From assembly GCA_963845755.1 (NCBI GenBank), contig CAWJTV010000011.1:672001-736000 (forward strand): a DNA stretch of 64,000 nt. Direction: 5' to 3'. This DNA comes from an uncultured Planctomycetota bacterium. Its GTDB lineage: Bacteria; Planctomycetota; Planctomycetia; Isosphaerales; Isosphaeraceae. Position 1 is the stretch's first letter, and each line of letters starts with the position of its first letter. The translations under genes and the position numbers were made by a program. Below are positions 9,416 through 20,565 of the stretch, piece after piece. The notes beneath the pieces are model-generated. The model had not been told where the DNA came from. It made no database searches and saw nothing but the letters and a program-made list of their open reading frames with translations.

Positions 9416-12400
9416 CTAGATCGAGACGAACTTCGCCTTGAATTCCGGGGACGCGAAGAGGGTCGCGTACAGCGGGACGATGTTCCCCTTGCTGACCTGG
9501 GAACCGTAATGGGCCTGTTCCCTGGCGGTGGCCGGCCGGCGCAGGACGTTCTCGAAGATCGAGTTGACCTCGGCCCGGACACCGCTGGGGCTGGTGATCA
9601 CGCTCAAGGCAACCTGACGCCGGGAGACGCCGCGGCCGATTTCTCGAGCGAGTCGGGCCTGGGTGGCCGGCTGGAACGGAGTGCCGAACCAATCCTGTGC
9701 CAGGGCGTTCAGGAACCCGTCGGTCGTGCCGCCTCCCTGGGTCTTGTAGAACTCCTTGGAGCCGAAGATCTTGGCGTAGAGCGTCGTTGACCGCTCGGTC
9801 CCCGAGGCCAGCGCCTGGTTCAGCTCGGCCGCGGTCGCGGTTCGACCCAGCAGTTGCTGATAGGTCCCTTCGACGGCCTGAATCTTCGCCTGACGGGACT
9901 GGAGGATGAAGGTCGAGACCAGCTTGGGGGAATACCCGCCGTTGATCAGGGCAATCCAGTAGGCGGAACTATAGACGGACGCGATACCCAGGGTGTCCAT
10001 GTAGACCTGGTTGACGAACAGCTCGCTCGGGCTGCCGATCACCATGGCCAGCGGTGTGGAGGTCGCCCCCACGAAATTGGAGTCGCCCGAATAAACCGCC
10101 GTGATCGACTCCGCGCCGACCGGGAGGCTGGAGACCGTGAGCGTGGCCTGGTTGTTGGTCAGCGTGCCGGAGCCCAAGTTGTTGCCCTGGCTGTCGTAGA
10201 ACGTCACGGTGCCCGTGGGCGTGCCCGAGCCGGTGGCCACCCTGACGATCGCCGTCAGCGTCACGGCCTGGAAGCCGAACGGGTTGGTGTTCGAGGCCGA
10301 GAGCACGACCGACGTGGCCCCCTGGGTGACGACCTGGCTGACGGCGGCCGACGTGCTGGTCAGGAAGTTCGTATCACCGGCGTATACCGCCGTCAGCGAG
10401 TCGGTGCCGGCCGGGAGCGTGGTGAGGCTCAGCGTGGCGACGCCGTTGGACAGGGTCCCTGTCCCCAGGCTGGTCGTCCCGTTGTTGAAGAACGTCACGG
10501 CGCTCGTGCCCGTGGGCGTGCCCGAGCCCGGGCTGACCGCCGTGACCGTCGCGGTGAGGGTCACGTCCTGGCCGGCCACCGCCGGATTGAGGCTGCTGGT
10601 CAGCGTGGTCTTCGACGACGCCTGCGCGACCGTCGCCGTGACCGCCGGCGAGGTGCTGGTGGAGTAAGTCGCGTCGCCCGAGTAGACGGCGGTGATCAAG
10701 TTGCTGCCGGTGTTCAACTGGGTCGTGTTCAGCGTGGCGACGCCCGAGCTGTTCACCGTGACGGGAGCACCCAGGTCGGTGCCGCCGTCCAGGAACTGGA
10801 CGGTGCCCGTGGGCGTGGCGCTGCCGCTGGTGTGGCGCGACCGTGGCCGTCAGCGTGACCGACTGGCCGAAGACCTGCGTGGTGGCCACGGGGCTGACCG
10901 TGGTCGTCGTGGGGGTCAGGGTGGTCAGCACGACAGAGTTGCTGCCGGTACCCCCCTTGTAGGTGATCGAGAACTGCTGGCCCGAGAGCGTCAGGATCGC
11001 CCCCTCGGCCAGGCCGGCGAACGTGCCCGTGATCGCCGCAGTGCCGGTATTGTCGATGATCGTGAACTGCTCGCCGGCCGTCGGCGTGAAGCCCGTGCCG
11101 AGCGTGGCGTTGAGCGTCGCACTGCCCAGCGTGATCGCACCCCCGGCCTGCAACTGGCTGTAATTCGTGCCGACGGTGGCGCCATTGATGGGTGCGACGA
11201 ACGTCGAGTGGGAATCGAAGACCGCCGGGCCGGTGTCGATCAGGATGCCGGTGGACGTCGCGGAGTCGCCCGGGCTGATCGTGGCGCCCGCGGCGGTGAC
11301 TGACGCGACAGTCCCGGTCCCGCCCAGCGTGCTCCCGCTGTTGGCGCTGACGCCGCCGATCGCGCCCCCGCTGTTGGCGGTGTTGTCAACCAGCAGCGTG
11401 CCGTCGTCCACCGTGGCCCCGAGGCTGCCGCTATCGGCGGTCAGGTCGAGCACACCCGCGCCCTGCTTGACGAGCCCGCTCGATCCGGTGATCGCCCCGC
11501 TGAGCAACAGAGTCGCCGCCGGGTTGTCGACCGTCACGTTCCCCGCATTGGTGAAGGTCACCGGCAAGGCCACCGTCGAACAGGCCCGAGGTCTGCGAGG
11601 AATCGAGCCCGCCGGCCAACGTCACGGCGTTCCCGGTGATGTCGAAGCCGGTGTCCTGGACCAGGATCGAGATAAGGTCCAGGCCGGTCATATCGTTATC
11701 GCTCTGCTGCTCGGCCGACGTCAGGTCCGGCGGGAAGATGACGTTAAATCCGTTGCTCGGGACGACGCCGTTGAGCCAGTTGGCGGTGTCGGACCAATCG
11801 GGGCTGTTGGCGACATCGCCCCCGCTCCAGGTGGCCGTGGAGACCGTCTTGGCGGTCAGCACCACCGAGTTGTTCAGCGTGCCTCCCTTGTAGCTGATCG
11901 TGAACTGCTGGCCGGAGATCGTGAGCGTCGCCCCTTCCGTGAGGCCCGCAAAGTTCCCCGTGATCGCGCCGGAGCCGGTGTTGTTGAGGATCGTGAACTG
12001 CTCGCCGGAGGTCGGCGTGAACGACGGGCTGAGCGTGACGTCGAGCGTCGCATTGGCGAGGTTGATGGCGCCGGCGACATTCAACTGGCTATAACCCGTA
12101 CCGGCCGTGCCATTGTTGATGGTCGGATCGAAGAAGGACTTGGCGTCGAGCGTCAGGGGGCCGGTATCCTTCAAGACGCCGAGACTCGAGCCGCCCGGGC
12201 TGATGGTGGCCGCCGTCGTGATGATCGAGGCCACCGTTCCCGCCCCGGCCAGCGTCGTGTCCGTTCCGGGCGTGACCGCGCCGACGGTCCCGTCGACCTG
12301 CAACGTGCCGCCATCGATCGCGGTGGTCCCGGTGTAGGTGTTGGCGGCCTCCAGGTCGAGGACACCCGAGCCGTTCTTGGTCAGTCCGTCCGACCCGGAG

Positions 12401-12889
12401 ATCACCCCGCTCATCACGAGAGTCGCCGTCGGGCTGGAGACCGTGACCGACCCCAGGTTCGTGCCCAGGGCGATCGGCAGGCCCAGCGTCGAACTGCTCG
12501 AGGTCTGCGAGTTGAACGATCGGGCCGGTCAGGTCCACGGCGTTGCCGTTGATCGTGTAACCGTTGTTCTGGATCGTGATCGAGTTGAAGTTCGTGTTGG
12601 CCGCGAAGTCGTTCGTGTTCGTCAAGGCCGCGCCCGTCACGCCGGTGGGGAAGACCAGGTCATTCCCCGCGACCGGGGCCACGCTCCCCTGCCAGTTCGC
12701 AGCGTTCGACCAGTTGACGTTGGTCGCCGAACCCGCACCCGTCCAGGTCGATGTCGACAGAACCACCCGCGACTCCAGCGGCTCCAGAGTCAATCCCAAC
12801 GATCGCTGCCCCCTCCTCGTGCCTCCCCGTCTCCCTCGCGATAATGCTCCGAGCTTCCCCTCTTTGAAGCGCCCCGACCAGAACTCCAT
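9416..12889 (-). CDS. Large surface protein: planctomycete leader, two autotransporter-associated beta-strand modules, Ig-like (Big_3-type) repeats and a DUF4214-like C-terminus; three frameshifts
   Basis: LEPLESRVVLS; TWTGAG..NWSNAANW; GLTKNGSGVLDL; repeated TPTGTVTF...ITAVYSGD; FVNQVYMDTLG. Pieces 12089..12889, 11431..12417, 10374..11573 and 9416..10756. Confidence 0.85.
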
Positions 12890-13697
12890 GGCCCATCCTC
12901 CCGTTGGGTAGAAGCAACGACTCCCTGCCTCTTAAATGCGTCCAACAACCCGCACCAAGTCCACTCAACTTGCGCGACTTTCCCCACGCCCTCTCGTTCA
13001 ACCCGTGCCCTGCGATTAATCGCACCGGATCAATGCATTGTAGCACGCAATCGAGCCAGGTCAATCGTGCCGATTGGGGCGATTCGGTGGAGGTGAGTTG
13101 GGTCTGTGAGGTCGGAATCGTTTCGAGCGCGGGGGAGCGAGTTGACGGCGAAGACGAAGGCGCCGAGGGACCGTTGGTGCGCAAGGGAGGGGTGGACCGC
13201 TGGCGTCGGGACGGGCCGGGTTGCGGTCTGCGCGGTCGTGCCCGCGCCGGTCCTGGCGACGCGAATCGAGGTGGCGTCACGACGCGGGCTTCCTGGCGGA
13301 GATTCCGGGGCAACCTGACCTGGACTCCCTGCCTCGAGTCGTGCGTCCACCTGCATCCACCGCCTGGCGTCACGCTTGTTGCGCCTCGACGTATCTTAAT
13401 TATGCCGATCTCCTCCTGGGGCCACGACTTCGACGCCGGGGTCTCAACTCGCCGGGCGAACGACGGGTTGAGCGAGCCGCTCCGAGGTTTTCCGATTCTG
13501 GCTTGCAGGAACTCGGGAAAACGCGGTTGAATGAAGAGTCGGGTTGGTCCGGTTACTCTCGCCGGGGCAGTGAACGCCCGATCCCTGGCCTCGTGGTATG
13601 AGCGCCGGGTCCTCGGCGACCGCCCGTCTCTGGAGCCTCTCTGTATCGAGGTTTCTTTTTTTGAATAAATCAGGTCTTTCTAGAAAATGAGAAACCA

Positions 13698-14153
13698 ATG
13701 ATCGGACGTAACAGGGTGTATTCCCTCCTCTCGGCGACCGTCATGGGCCTGGCGATAATCGGCTGCTCCGGGGAGTCCAGCGACAACCTGCCACGCGAGG
13801 CGATCGCGGGGAAGGTGACGATGGACAGCCAGCCGCTGCCCAAGGGGACGATCCTCTTTTTGCCCGAGGGCAATCAGGCTGAGGAGGCGTCCTCGGCCAC
13901 CGGAGAGATCGCGAACGGCGAATTCTCGATTCCCCGTTCGCGAGGGCCGGTGCCGGGCAAGTACAAGGTTTCGATCAGCCATACGGATCAGCCGGAGGGG
14001 CGCGTCAAGATCCAGCTCAAGAAGCCCGGCAAGAAGCCCGCCACCGGCTTCACGGAATTGATCCCGGCGAAGTACAACACCAAGACGGAGCTCAAGGCCG
14101 AGATCCCCAGGGGCGGCAAGAGCGACCTGGATTTCCCGCTCCAATCGAAGTGA
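13698..14153 (+). CDS. Planctomycete-type lipoprotein (carboxypeptidase regulatory-like domain)
   Basis: Lipobox AIIGC; GKVTMDSQPLPKGTILFLP; PGKYKVSIS; IPAKYN. Confidence 0.8.
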   Translation: MIGRNRVYSLLSATVMGLAIIGCSGESSDNLPREAIAGKVTMDSQPLPKGTILFLPEGNQAEEASSATGEIANGEFSIPRSRGPVPGKYKVSISHTDQPEGRVKIQLKKPGKKPATGFTELIPAKYNTKTELKAEIPRGGKSDLDFPLQSK

Positions 14154-14403
14154 CGCGGAGGATGGCCGTGGCGGGACGACCCGGCCCAAACGGTCCTCTC
14201 CGTCGCATGGGACCTGGCGGATGAACACCTCCGCGGCGCAGCGCCCCCCGGCAGAGGCACGACCTTCCTTCCTCCCCGTGCTCGGGTCATACTGGAATCG
14301 ATGACCCGCGTCACACCGGCGTGCCCTCTCGCCACCGGGCCACGAGACACGGAGGCGCGGGAGGTTCCCCCGGTGGGACACGTACGCCCCAAGGAGATCT
14401 TCA

Positions 14404-15765
14404 ATGACCAGGATTCTGTCGGCCGTCCTCGCGCGGCAACTCGGTGGTACCATTGTCATCCTCGTCATTGCCGGAACGATCGCTCTGGCAGACGACCGGG
14501 TCCCGAAGGCGGAGGAGCAACAACTTCCGCTGGCGATGCACTCCAAGATGAGCGAGCGTCCCAGGATCACCGTCGGCCGGGTCGGGACCGATCTGGTCGG
14601 GGCCGACAACCGGGCACTCCAGGCGGCCGTCGATTATATCGCGGGCCTGGGCGGGGGGACCGTCGAGATCGGGGCGGGCGAGTACCTGATGCGCGATTCC
14701 CTGTATCTGCGTTCGGGCGTAACGGTCCGCGGACAGAAGGGTAAGACGATCCTGCGCAAGGCCGACGCGGCCGTTTCTCCGCTGGCCCTCGACGGCGACT
14801 TTGGCGAGCAGCAGATCACGGTCAAAGTACCGGAGGGCTTCACCGTGGGCGCCGGGGTCGCGATCTGGGACGACCATGCCGGCGGCTTCCATACCACCGT
14901 GGCCCGGATCACCGGAAGCCGCGGGAACACCTTCGCGATCGACGCGCCGCTGATGGCCGACTGCATGGTTGGCAACCATGCCACAGCGGCCACGGTCTTC
15001 CCTGTGGTAAGCGGCACGAACATCCAGGGGGCGAGCGTCGAGGACCTTGTCATCGAGGGGAACAAGGGGGCCAATCCGCAGCTCAATGGATGCCGAGGTG
15101 CGGGGATCTACCTCTACCGCGGATTCGGCACGACGATTCGCGGTTGCGTCGTTCGGAACTATGATGGCGACGGGATCAGCTTCCAGCAGTCGAACGACGT
15201 GACCGTCGTCGACTGCATCAGTGAGGACAACACCGACCTCGGCCTCCACCCCGGCAGTGGCTCACAACGCCCCGTGGTGCGAAACTGCCTGGCCCGCCGC
15301 AATGGCACGGATGGCCTGTTCCTGTGCTGGCGTGTCCGCTACGGCGTGTTCGCGGACAATCGCATGGAGGCGAATGGCCGGTTCGGCATCTCGATCGGCC
15401 ACAAGGATTCGGACAATCTCCTGCGCAACAACGCGGTCATCGGAAACGGTTCGAATGGTGTGTTCTTCCGCGACGAGTCCGAGGGAATGTCGCCGCACCG
15501 CAATCATCTGAAGGACAATCGCATCGAGGACAACGGTCGGGAGACCGGCACCGCGGGCATCCGCATCCGCGGCGAGCCGTCCGGTCTGATCTTCGAGGAC
15601 AACGTGATCCGCGACACGCGCGCAGGCTCGCGTCGGACGCAGACGGTCGGGATCCTGGTCGAAGAGCGGGTCGGCCCGGTGAAGGTCGGAACGAATCGGA
15701 TCGAGGCGAGCCCCGTGATCGACGACCGCCGCCGCGAAGCGTCGGAGTCGGGATCTCCGGAGTGA
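14404..15765 (+). CDS. Secreted right-handed parallel beta-helix protein (pectate-lyase-like fold)
   Basis: DNRALQAAVD..GGGTVEIGAGEY; repeated N..DGI/GI.I..N rungs; hydrophobic N-terminus. Confidence 0.8.
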   Translation: MTRILSAVLARQLGGTIVILVIAGTIALADDRVPKAEEQQLPLAMHSKMSERPRITVGRVGTDLVGADNRALQAAVDYIAGLGGGTVEIGAGEYLMRDSLYLRSGVTVRGQKGKTILRKADAAVSPLALDGDFGEQQITVKVPEGFTVGAGVAIWDDHAGGFHTTVARITGSRGNTFAIDAPLMADCMVGNHATAATVFPVVSGTNIQGASVEDLVIEGNKGANPQLNGCRGAGIYLYRGFGTTIRGCVVRNYDGDGISFQQSNDVTVVDCISEDNTDLGLHPGSGSQRPVVRNCLARRNGTDGLFLCWRVRYGVFADNRMEANGRFGISIGHKDSDNLLRNNAVIGNGSNGVFFRDESEGMSPHRNHLKDNRIEDNGRETGTAGIRIRGEPSGLIFEDNVIRDTRAGSRRTQTVGILVEERVGPVKVGTNRIEASPVIDDRRREASESGSPE

Positions 15766-15893
15766 CGCCCCGTGTTGCGGAGTCGCCTCCGCAGCGATCG
15801 CATCCCCATTCCGCCCACAAGATCGCTTCAACGACCGCCCCTTGAGCTGAACCCCGGCCGGCCGAGGGGCGGCCGGGTCGCATCGGCGGCGTC

Positions 15894-17001
15894 TCACGAA
15901 GACAGCGCGGCCTGCAACATGGCCCGCGCGTATCCGACGTTGAAGGCGATCGCCGCGTAACCGCCACCGCCCGGGTAGAAGGATCCGAATTTCGTCCTCT
16001 CGCGGTCGTAGTCGAGGGCGCGGGGATGCTCGGGATAGATCAAGCGCGGGTAGCCTTGCCGGACCAGTTCCTTCATCACCAGGAACATGTTGATGTCGCC
16101 CTCGTCCAGGAACACCTCGGTATATTTCTCGTATGGCTTCCGCACCTTCACGTTGCGGTAATGCACGTGGTTGATGCAGTCGCGCCCGCCGAAATAGCGG
16201 CACACCTCGAGCGGATCCTCGCCCAGTTCCCGGGTCACGCCGCAATCGAAGGTAATGCCGTTGGAGGGGCTCTTGACGATGTCGACCAGCCGCTTCCAGC
16301 CCGCCAGAGTGCTCATAATCTGGCCCGATCCCCGGCTGATCGGGGCCGGCGGATCGTTCGGATGCAGCGCCAGGCGCACCCCCGACTGTTCGGCGACCGG
16401 GACGACGGCCTTGAGGAAATACGTGAGGTTGGCCCACATCTTCTCGGCCGAGTGGGCGCCGACCTGCTCCAGCGGAGGCAGGTCCTTGACCTTGTCGTAG
16501 TCGAAGGCCGTCATCCCCGCGCCGGCCCGGCCGATCTCTTCGTAATAGCCTTCGATCAGCCGGTGGGCGTAGAAGTTGTATTCGATGACCGGCAGTCCCA
16601 CCTTGCCGGCCGCGCGGATCGACCGGATGACCTTGTCGATCTCGGCGTCCCGGCCGGGCCTCCCATAGATGGTGTCGGGAAACCCGATGATCATGAGGTT
16701 CCCCACCGTCACGCCGTGGCCTCTCAGGCGATCGATCAGCTCCTTGAGCCGGGCCTCCTCCCACGGGATGGGCCCGGGGTATCGGGCGATCACATGTTCC
16801 ACCCCGAGCTGCTTCACCCGACGAGCCCCGGCCTCGTCATCCGGGCCTACCGCGAGGGGGCTCGTACCGACTTCGAGGCAGATCTTGGGCGTGCCCGCGC
16901 TCATGCCGGGGTCCAGACGCCGTCGCCGCCACGTCCGGCAATGGCAAGGCTGCCACGCCCGCAGCCTGGATGAGTTTCCTCCGAGAGAACGCGTCGCTCA
17001 T
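15894..17001 (-). CDS. Mannonate dehydratase (UxuA)-family protein with a Tat leader; frameshift near 16910
   Basis: MWANLTYFLKAVVPVAEQSGVRLALHPNDPP, SPSNGITFDCG, INHVHYRNV, FLDEGDINM, PEH. Leader MSDAFSRRKLIQAAG is in the adjacent frame. Confidence 0.85.
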
Positions 17002-17089
17002 CGTGTGAACCTCCTTCCGGTTACGGGCGATCATACGCCTCCGCCTGATGGATGACAATGAATGGTCGTGTCCGCATCGCCCCCAGCAA

Positions 17090-17361
17090 CTTACTGGACG
17101 GCGCTCCTGGGAACGCCGCAGACGTCCAATACCGGCAGCATCTCGGTCCGCCTGCCTCGCTCGCAGCGGTTCGACGTGGAGCAAGTTCGAGGACTCATGC
17201 AGCGGGTTTCCCGTCAGGAGCCGCTATGAACCCCGCATCGACGCTCCCGAGAGATGTCGTGAACTCGCTGCGCCCGCGGGACGTGCAGCTCGATCTCTCG
17301 AGCCGTGGCTGGAAGTCCAAGCCTTACGGGCCGGATGGGAGAGGGCTCCAGTTCCTCCATC
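17090..17361 (+). pseudogene. Diverged 272-bp copy of 19267-19538 (DUF4365 3' end plus start of the partner gene)
   Basis: Ungapped alignment at offset 2177, including the shared CTATGAAC stop/start junction. Confidence 0.85.
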
Positions 17362-17469
17362 GCGAACCTGTGCGACGCCCTGGTCCTCCGAGGGCCGGCG
17401 GCTCAAGGTTTCCCGCTCCAACCTCACGCGCTTTTTGCCACAACCTGGTCTTTAGTTTGCCGCAAGGGG

Positions 17470-17547
17470 TTAGGCCGCGTCCGGCGTGCCCGGCGACTGC
17501 ATGACCTTGTCGAGCGACGGGAAAACGCCGCCGGTGATCTTCCTCAT
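17470..17547 (-). pseudogene. Truncated N-terminus of a dihydrofolate reductase/RibD-C-like gene
   Basis: MRKITGGVFPSLDKVMQSPG resembles MRK..SLDGV.QxPG; ATGA-coupled to the VOC gene; stops after 25 codons. Confidence 0.55.
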
Positions 17548-18035
17548 CGGCCTTCGCCCCGGCGCACGGCCTCGATCGTGGCGATGTCGATCTTCTTCAT
17601 CGTCATCATGGCTTCCATTGCGCGCTTCGCGGCGGCGCGATCCGGGTCGGTCGTCGCCTCGAGCAGCACGCGCGGCGTGATCTGCCAGGAGAAGCCCCAG
17701 CGATCCTTGCACCAGCCGCACTGGCTCTCCTCGCCGCCATTGCCAACGATCGCGTTCCAGTAACGATCGGTGTCTTCCTGGTTTTCGGTCAGGATCATGA
17801 AGCTGACCGCCCCGTTCGGCTTGAAATAGGGCCCGCCATTCAGGCCGATGAACGACTGACCCATCACGGTGAACTCGACGGTGAGCTCCTCGCCCACCTT
17901 CGCAGACGGATTGTCCGCAGCGGAGGCGTGGCCTTCCCCGACCCGGCTGTCGGGGAACACGCTCGCGTAGAACTCGGCCGCCTCGCGGGCCTTGCCGTGG
18001 TCGAACCACAGGCAGATGGTCATCATCTTGCTCAT
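17544..18035 (-). CDS. VOC-family protein (PhnB / 3-demethylubiquinone-9 methyltransferase-like)
   Basis: TICLWFD..AREAAEFYASVFPDS, GLNGGP, CGWCKDRWGFSWQITP, MKKIDIA. Confidence 0.9.
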   Translation of the reverse strand: MSKMMTICLWFDHGKAREAAEFYASVFPDSRVGEGHASAADNPSAKVGEELTVEFTVMGQSFIGLNGGPYFKPNGAVSFMILTENQEDTDRYWNAIVGNGGEESQCGWCKDRWGFSWQITPRVLLEATTDPDRAAAKRAMEAMMTMKKIDIATIEAVRRGEGR

Positions 18036-18146
18036 GTTCGCTCTCCTCACTTGCCGCCGTCGAGCGCGAAGGCAGCGCCTTGGGGGTCGGTACCCATGAT
18101 ATCGCAAAAACTTACAGAGCGGCCAAGGTCAATTTGTAACCAGCTA

Positions 18147-18440
18147 TTTCAAAACGGGGACTGGCTCGAATGGCATGAAGTTAATTTTAACTCCTGATCT
18201 CCAAACGGTTTGCGTCTAGCATGTTTTCGGCGATTTGGGCGGAATGTTGATATCTAGCTCGTTCCATGCGGCCTGTATCCAGGGCGTTTTCGATCTGGGC
18301 ATCGAGCGAGCATATCTAAACTATTTCTGATCGTGGAGGGGGAAATCGACCCTAAGTGCAATCGGACACTATCTTTACGCTTAACTTAATGCCATTCGGG
18401 ACTGGCTCCGAATCTTCGAGGTACCTGTCCCCCTTTTGAA
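18147..18440. repeat. GGGGAC...GTCCCC palindromic repeat interrupted by the MITE
   Basis: The reconstructed empty site closely matches the reverse complement of 60318-60369. Confidence 0.75.
18168..18397. mobile_element. IS4-type MITE (230 bp) with 17-bp TIRs and an 11-bp target duplication
   Basis: Left TIR GAATGGCATGAAGTTAA; right end reads GAATGGCATTAAGTTAA on the - strand. DR GGGACTGGCTC at 18157-18167 and 18398-18408. AT-rich interior with no ORF. Confidence 0.85.
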
Positions 18441-18463
18441 GTCGCCGCAGGCGCACCCTGGGA

Positions 18464-18784
18464 TCACGTTCGCGAGATCGCGGCCCGCGCTCGCCCTCGC
18501 CTGTTCGAGTCGGCGCTGACCGGCATCGTGGCCATAGCCGTCCGGATGTGGTGCTTCGACCAGTCGCCGTCGAACCGGCCCACGGCTTCGTCTCCTTCTT
18601 CGTCCTCGGGCCGGCCGCCGCGGGTTCGGCCGAAGGCCAGGTACAACGCCGGCATCAAACCCAGGTTCAGGACCATCGAGGCTACCAACCCGCTCAAGAA
18701 GACGATCGCCATCGGGGGCTCGATCTTATGCCCCGGCTTGTTGCCCGCCCAGGCCAGAGGGACCAGCGCCAGGCCCGTCGCCAG
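18464..18784 (-). pseudogene. Orphan 3' end of a CusA/CzcA-type RND gene
   Basis: 18510-18784 aligns without gaps to 23822-24096 (offset 5312). Encodes [19 protein letters not shown]...PALYLAFG and keeps its own stop. Confidence 0.9.
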
Positions 18785-18902
18785 TGGGTGAAGGGGACCG
18801 AGGAGAAGGGGTGGCACATATCGGTCTCCAATTCTGTATGATTCGTCCCGTCCCCTGGGTTGGTCGGATCCGAACAGCTTAACATCCACTGGAGCCGATC
18901 AG

Positions 18903-19406
18903 GTGACGGTCAACGAGCAGAAGCAGCAGTTGAGCGTGGCCTACGTGCACGCCGTGGCGGCGCGGGCGGGTTATACCTGTCAGGTGCAGACCGTGGACCT
19001 GGATAGCGTGGACGTCAAGATCGGCGCCGTGGGATATGTCCACGATCAGGCCGTCTTCCGCTCTCCCGAGATCGCGGTCCAACTCAAGGCGACGTCCACT
19101 CCGAGGATCGGAGCGAAACACTTGACCTTTCCCCTCAAGCGGAAGAATTAAGACGAGCTTCGCGCGCTAAACCTCATCCCTCGGTTGTTGGTCATCCTGG
19201 TCCTTCCCAAGAACCCGGAGGAGTGGATCGAGACGAGCGAGGAATGTATGATCAGTAGGCGGTGGGCTTACTGGGCGTCACTCCTGGGGATGCCGGAAAC
19301 GTCCAATACCCGCAGCGTCTCGGTCCGCCTGCCCCGCTCGCAACGGTTCGACGTGGAGCCACTTCAACGACTCATGCAGCGGGTATCCCGTCAGGAGCCC
19401 CTATGA
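18903..19406 (+). pseudogene. DUF4365-family (PD-(D/E)XK-like) protein with an in-frame TAA at 19149-19151
   Basis: KQQLSVAYVHAVAARAG, DLDSVD, VQLKAT, KN*DELR, PRLLVILVLP..EEW, AYWASL. Both ORF-track pieces are in one frame. Confidence 0.8.
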
Positions 19407-20565
19407 ACGCCGCATCGACGCTCCCGAAGGATGTCGCGACATCGCTGCGCTCGGGGGACGTGCAGCTCTATCTCTCGAGCCGCGGGTGGAAGTCCAAGCC
19501 CTATGGGCCGGATGGTATCGGGCTCCAGTTCGTTCATCCGTCGTTCCCCAAGGTCGATCTCCTCCTACCCCTCAAGCGGGACCTTGGCGACTTCGCCCTC
19601 CGGATGGGAGACCTGGTCGTGGCCCTTGCGACCATCGAGCGGCGCCCGGTCCAGGAGGTCCTCAACGATCTCTCGGGGCCGGCCGGCGATGTCTTCCGGT
19701 TGCGCGTCGCCGGCTCGGTCGCCGCGCTCGGAAATCTCCCCATTGATGAAGCGATCCAGCTCCTCCAGGGGGCAAGGCAATTACTCTGGTCGTCGGCCTT
19801 TAGCGTGATCCGTCCCGAAGCCCTACACCCGATACGGACCAGCAAGCCCATCGAGGCCTTCCTCAATAGCTGCCGCGTGGGGCAGACCGAACGAGGGAGC
19901 TTCGTGGCTACGATCCTGGCACCGGTTCCCCCGGAGATCCAGCCGTCACTTGCGGGCCTGGACGCGGGCCGGTTCGAGCCGGAGCCGCCGTTCCCCCGCC
20001 AGGTGACGACGCGGCTGATGTCCAGTCTGGGGCTAGTCTCTCAGGCGATCCAGACCGGCAAGCCCGAACGCCTACTGGACGCGGTCCCGCAGGGCATCAG
20101 CGCACACCTATGCGACGCACTGGTCCTGATGAAGCCGCCCGGCGACGAGTCGAGCCTCGACATCCGCGTCACCTGGGCCAGGACCCGCCCTCACTTGCCG
20201 GCGGAGGTGCCGAAATCGGTCTCATTCCTCCAGGAGCACTTCACTGTGATCGAAGAAGTCGGCCGACAGCTCCGCACGCGGGCCACGGCACGACCCGAAC
20301 GCTATCACGGGCGCAGTCCTCAGCGTGAAGAAGGCGCTGCGGCCCCTGCTGGCCGACGTGGTCGGCTCGATGGTCCTAGCGGCCGAGGTCGGCGGTGCCC
20401 CGGCGCGGGTGAAGCTCGATCTGCGCGCCGACGAGTTCGCCACGGCCTGTGATGCCCTCCGCGACGAGAAATCGGTCGAACGTGACGGGGACCATACGCC
20501 ACGACGTCAAGGCACGCGAGTATGTCCTCACCGACCCGACGGGCTTCCGGGTCGTCACGGGTTGA
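19403..20565 (+). CDS. Uncharacterised partner of the DUF4365 gene (~385 aa); two frameshifts near the 3' end
   Basis: ATGA overlap with the DUF4365 stop; YLSSRGW, GQTERGSF, GISAHLCDAL; OB-like C-terminus VTGTI...VLTDPTGF. Confidence 0.7.

Noticed and set aside
12900..13690. Possible small ORF or structured RNA upstream of the surface-protein gene
   Set aside because: Only low-complexity Pro/Arg/Ser frames and no RNA motif I can recognise; a covariance search would be needed.
17090..19538. Diversity-generating retroelement template/variable repeat pair
   Set aside because: Mismatches involve all four bases rather than adenines in one copy, and no reverse transcriptase is present in the window.
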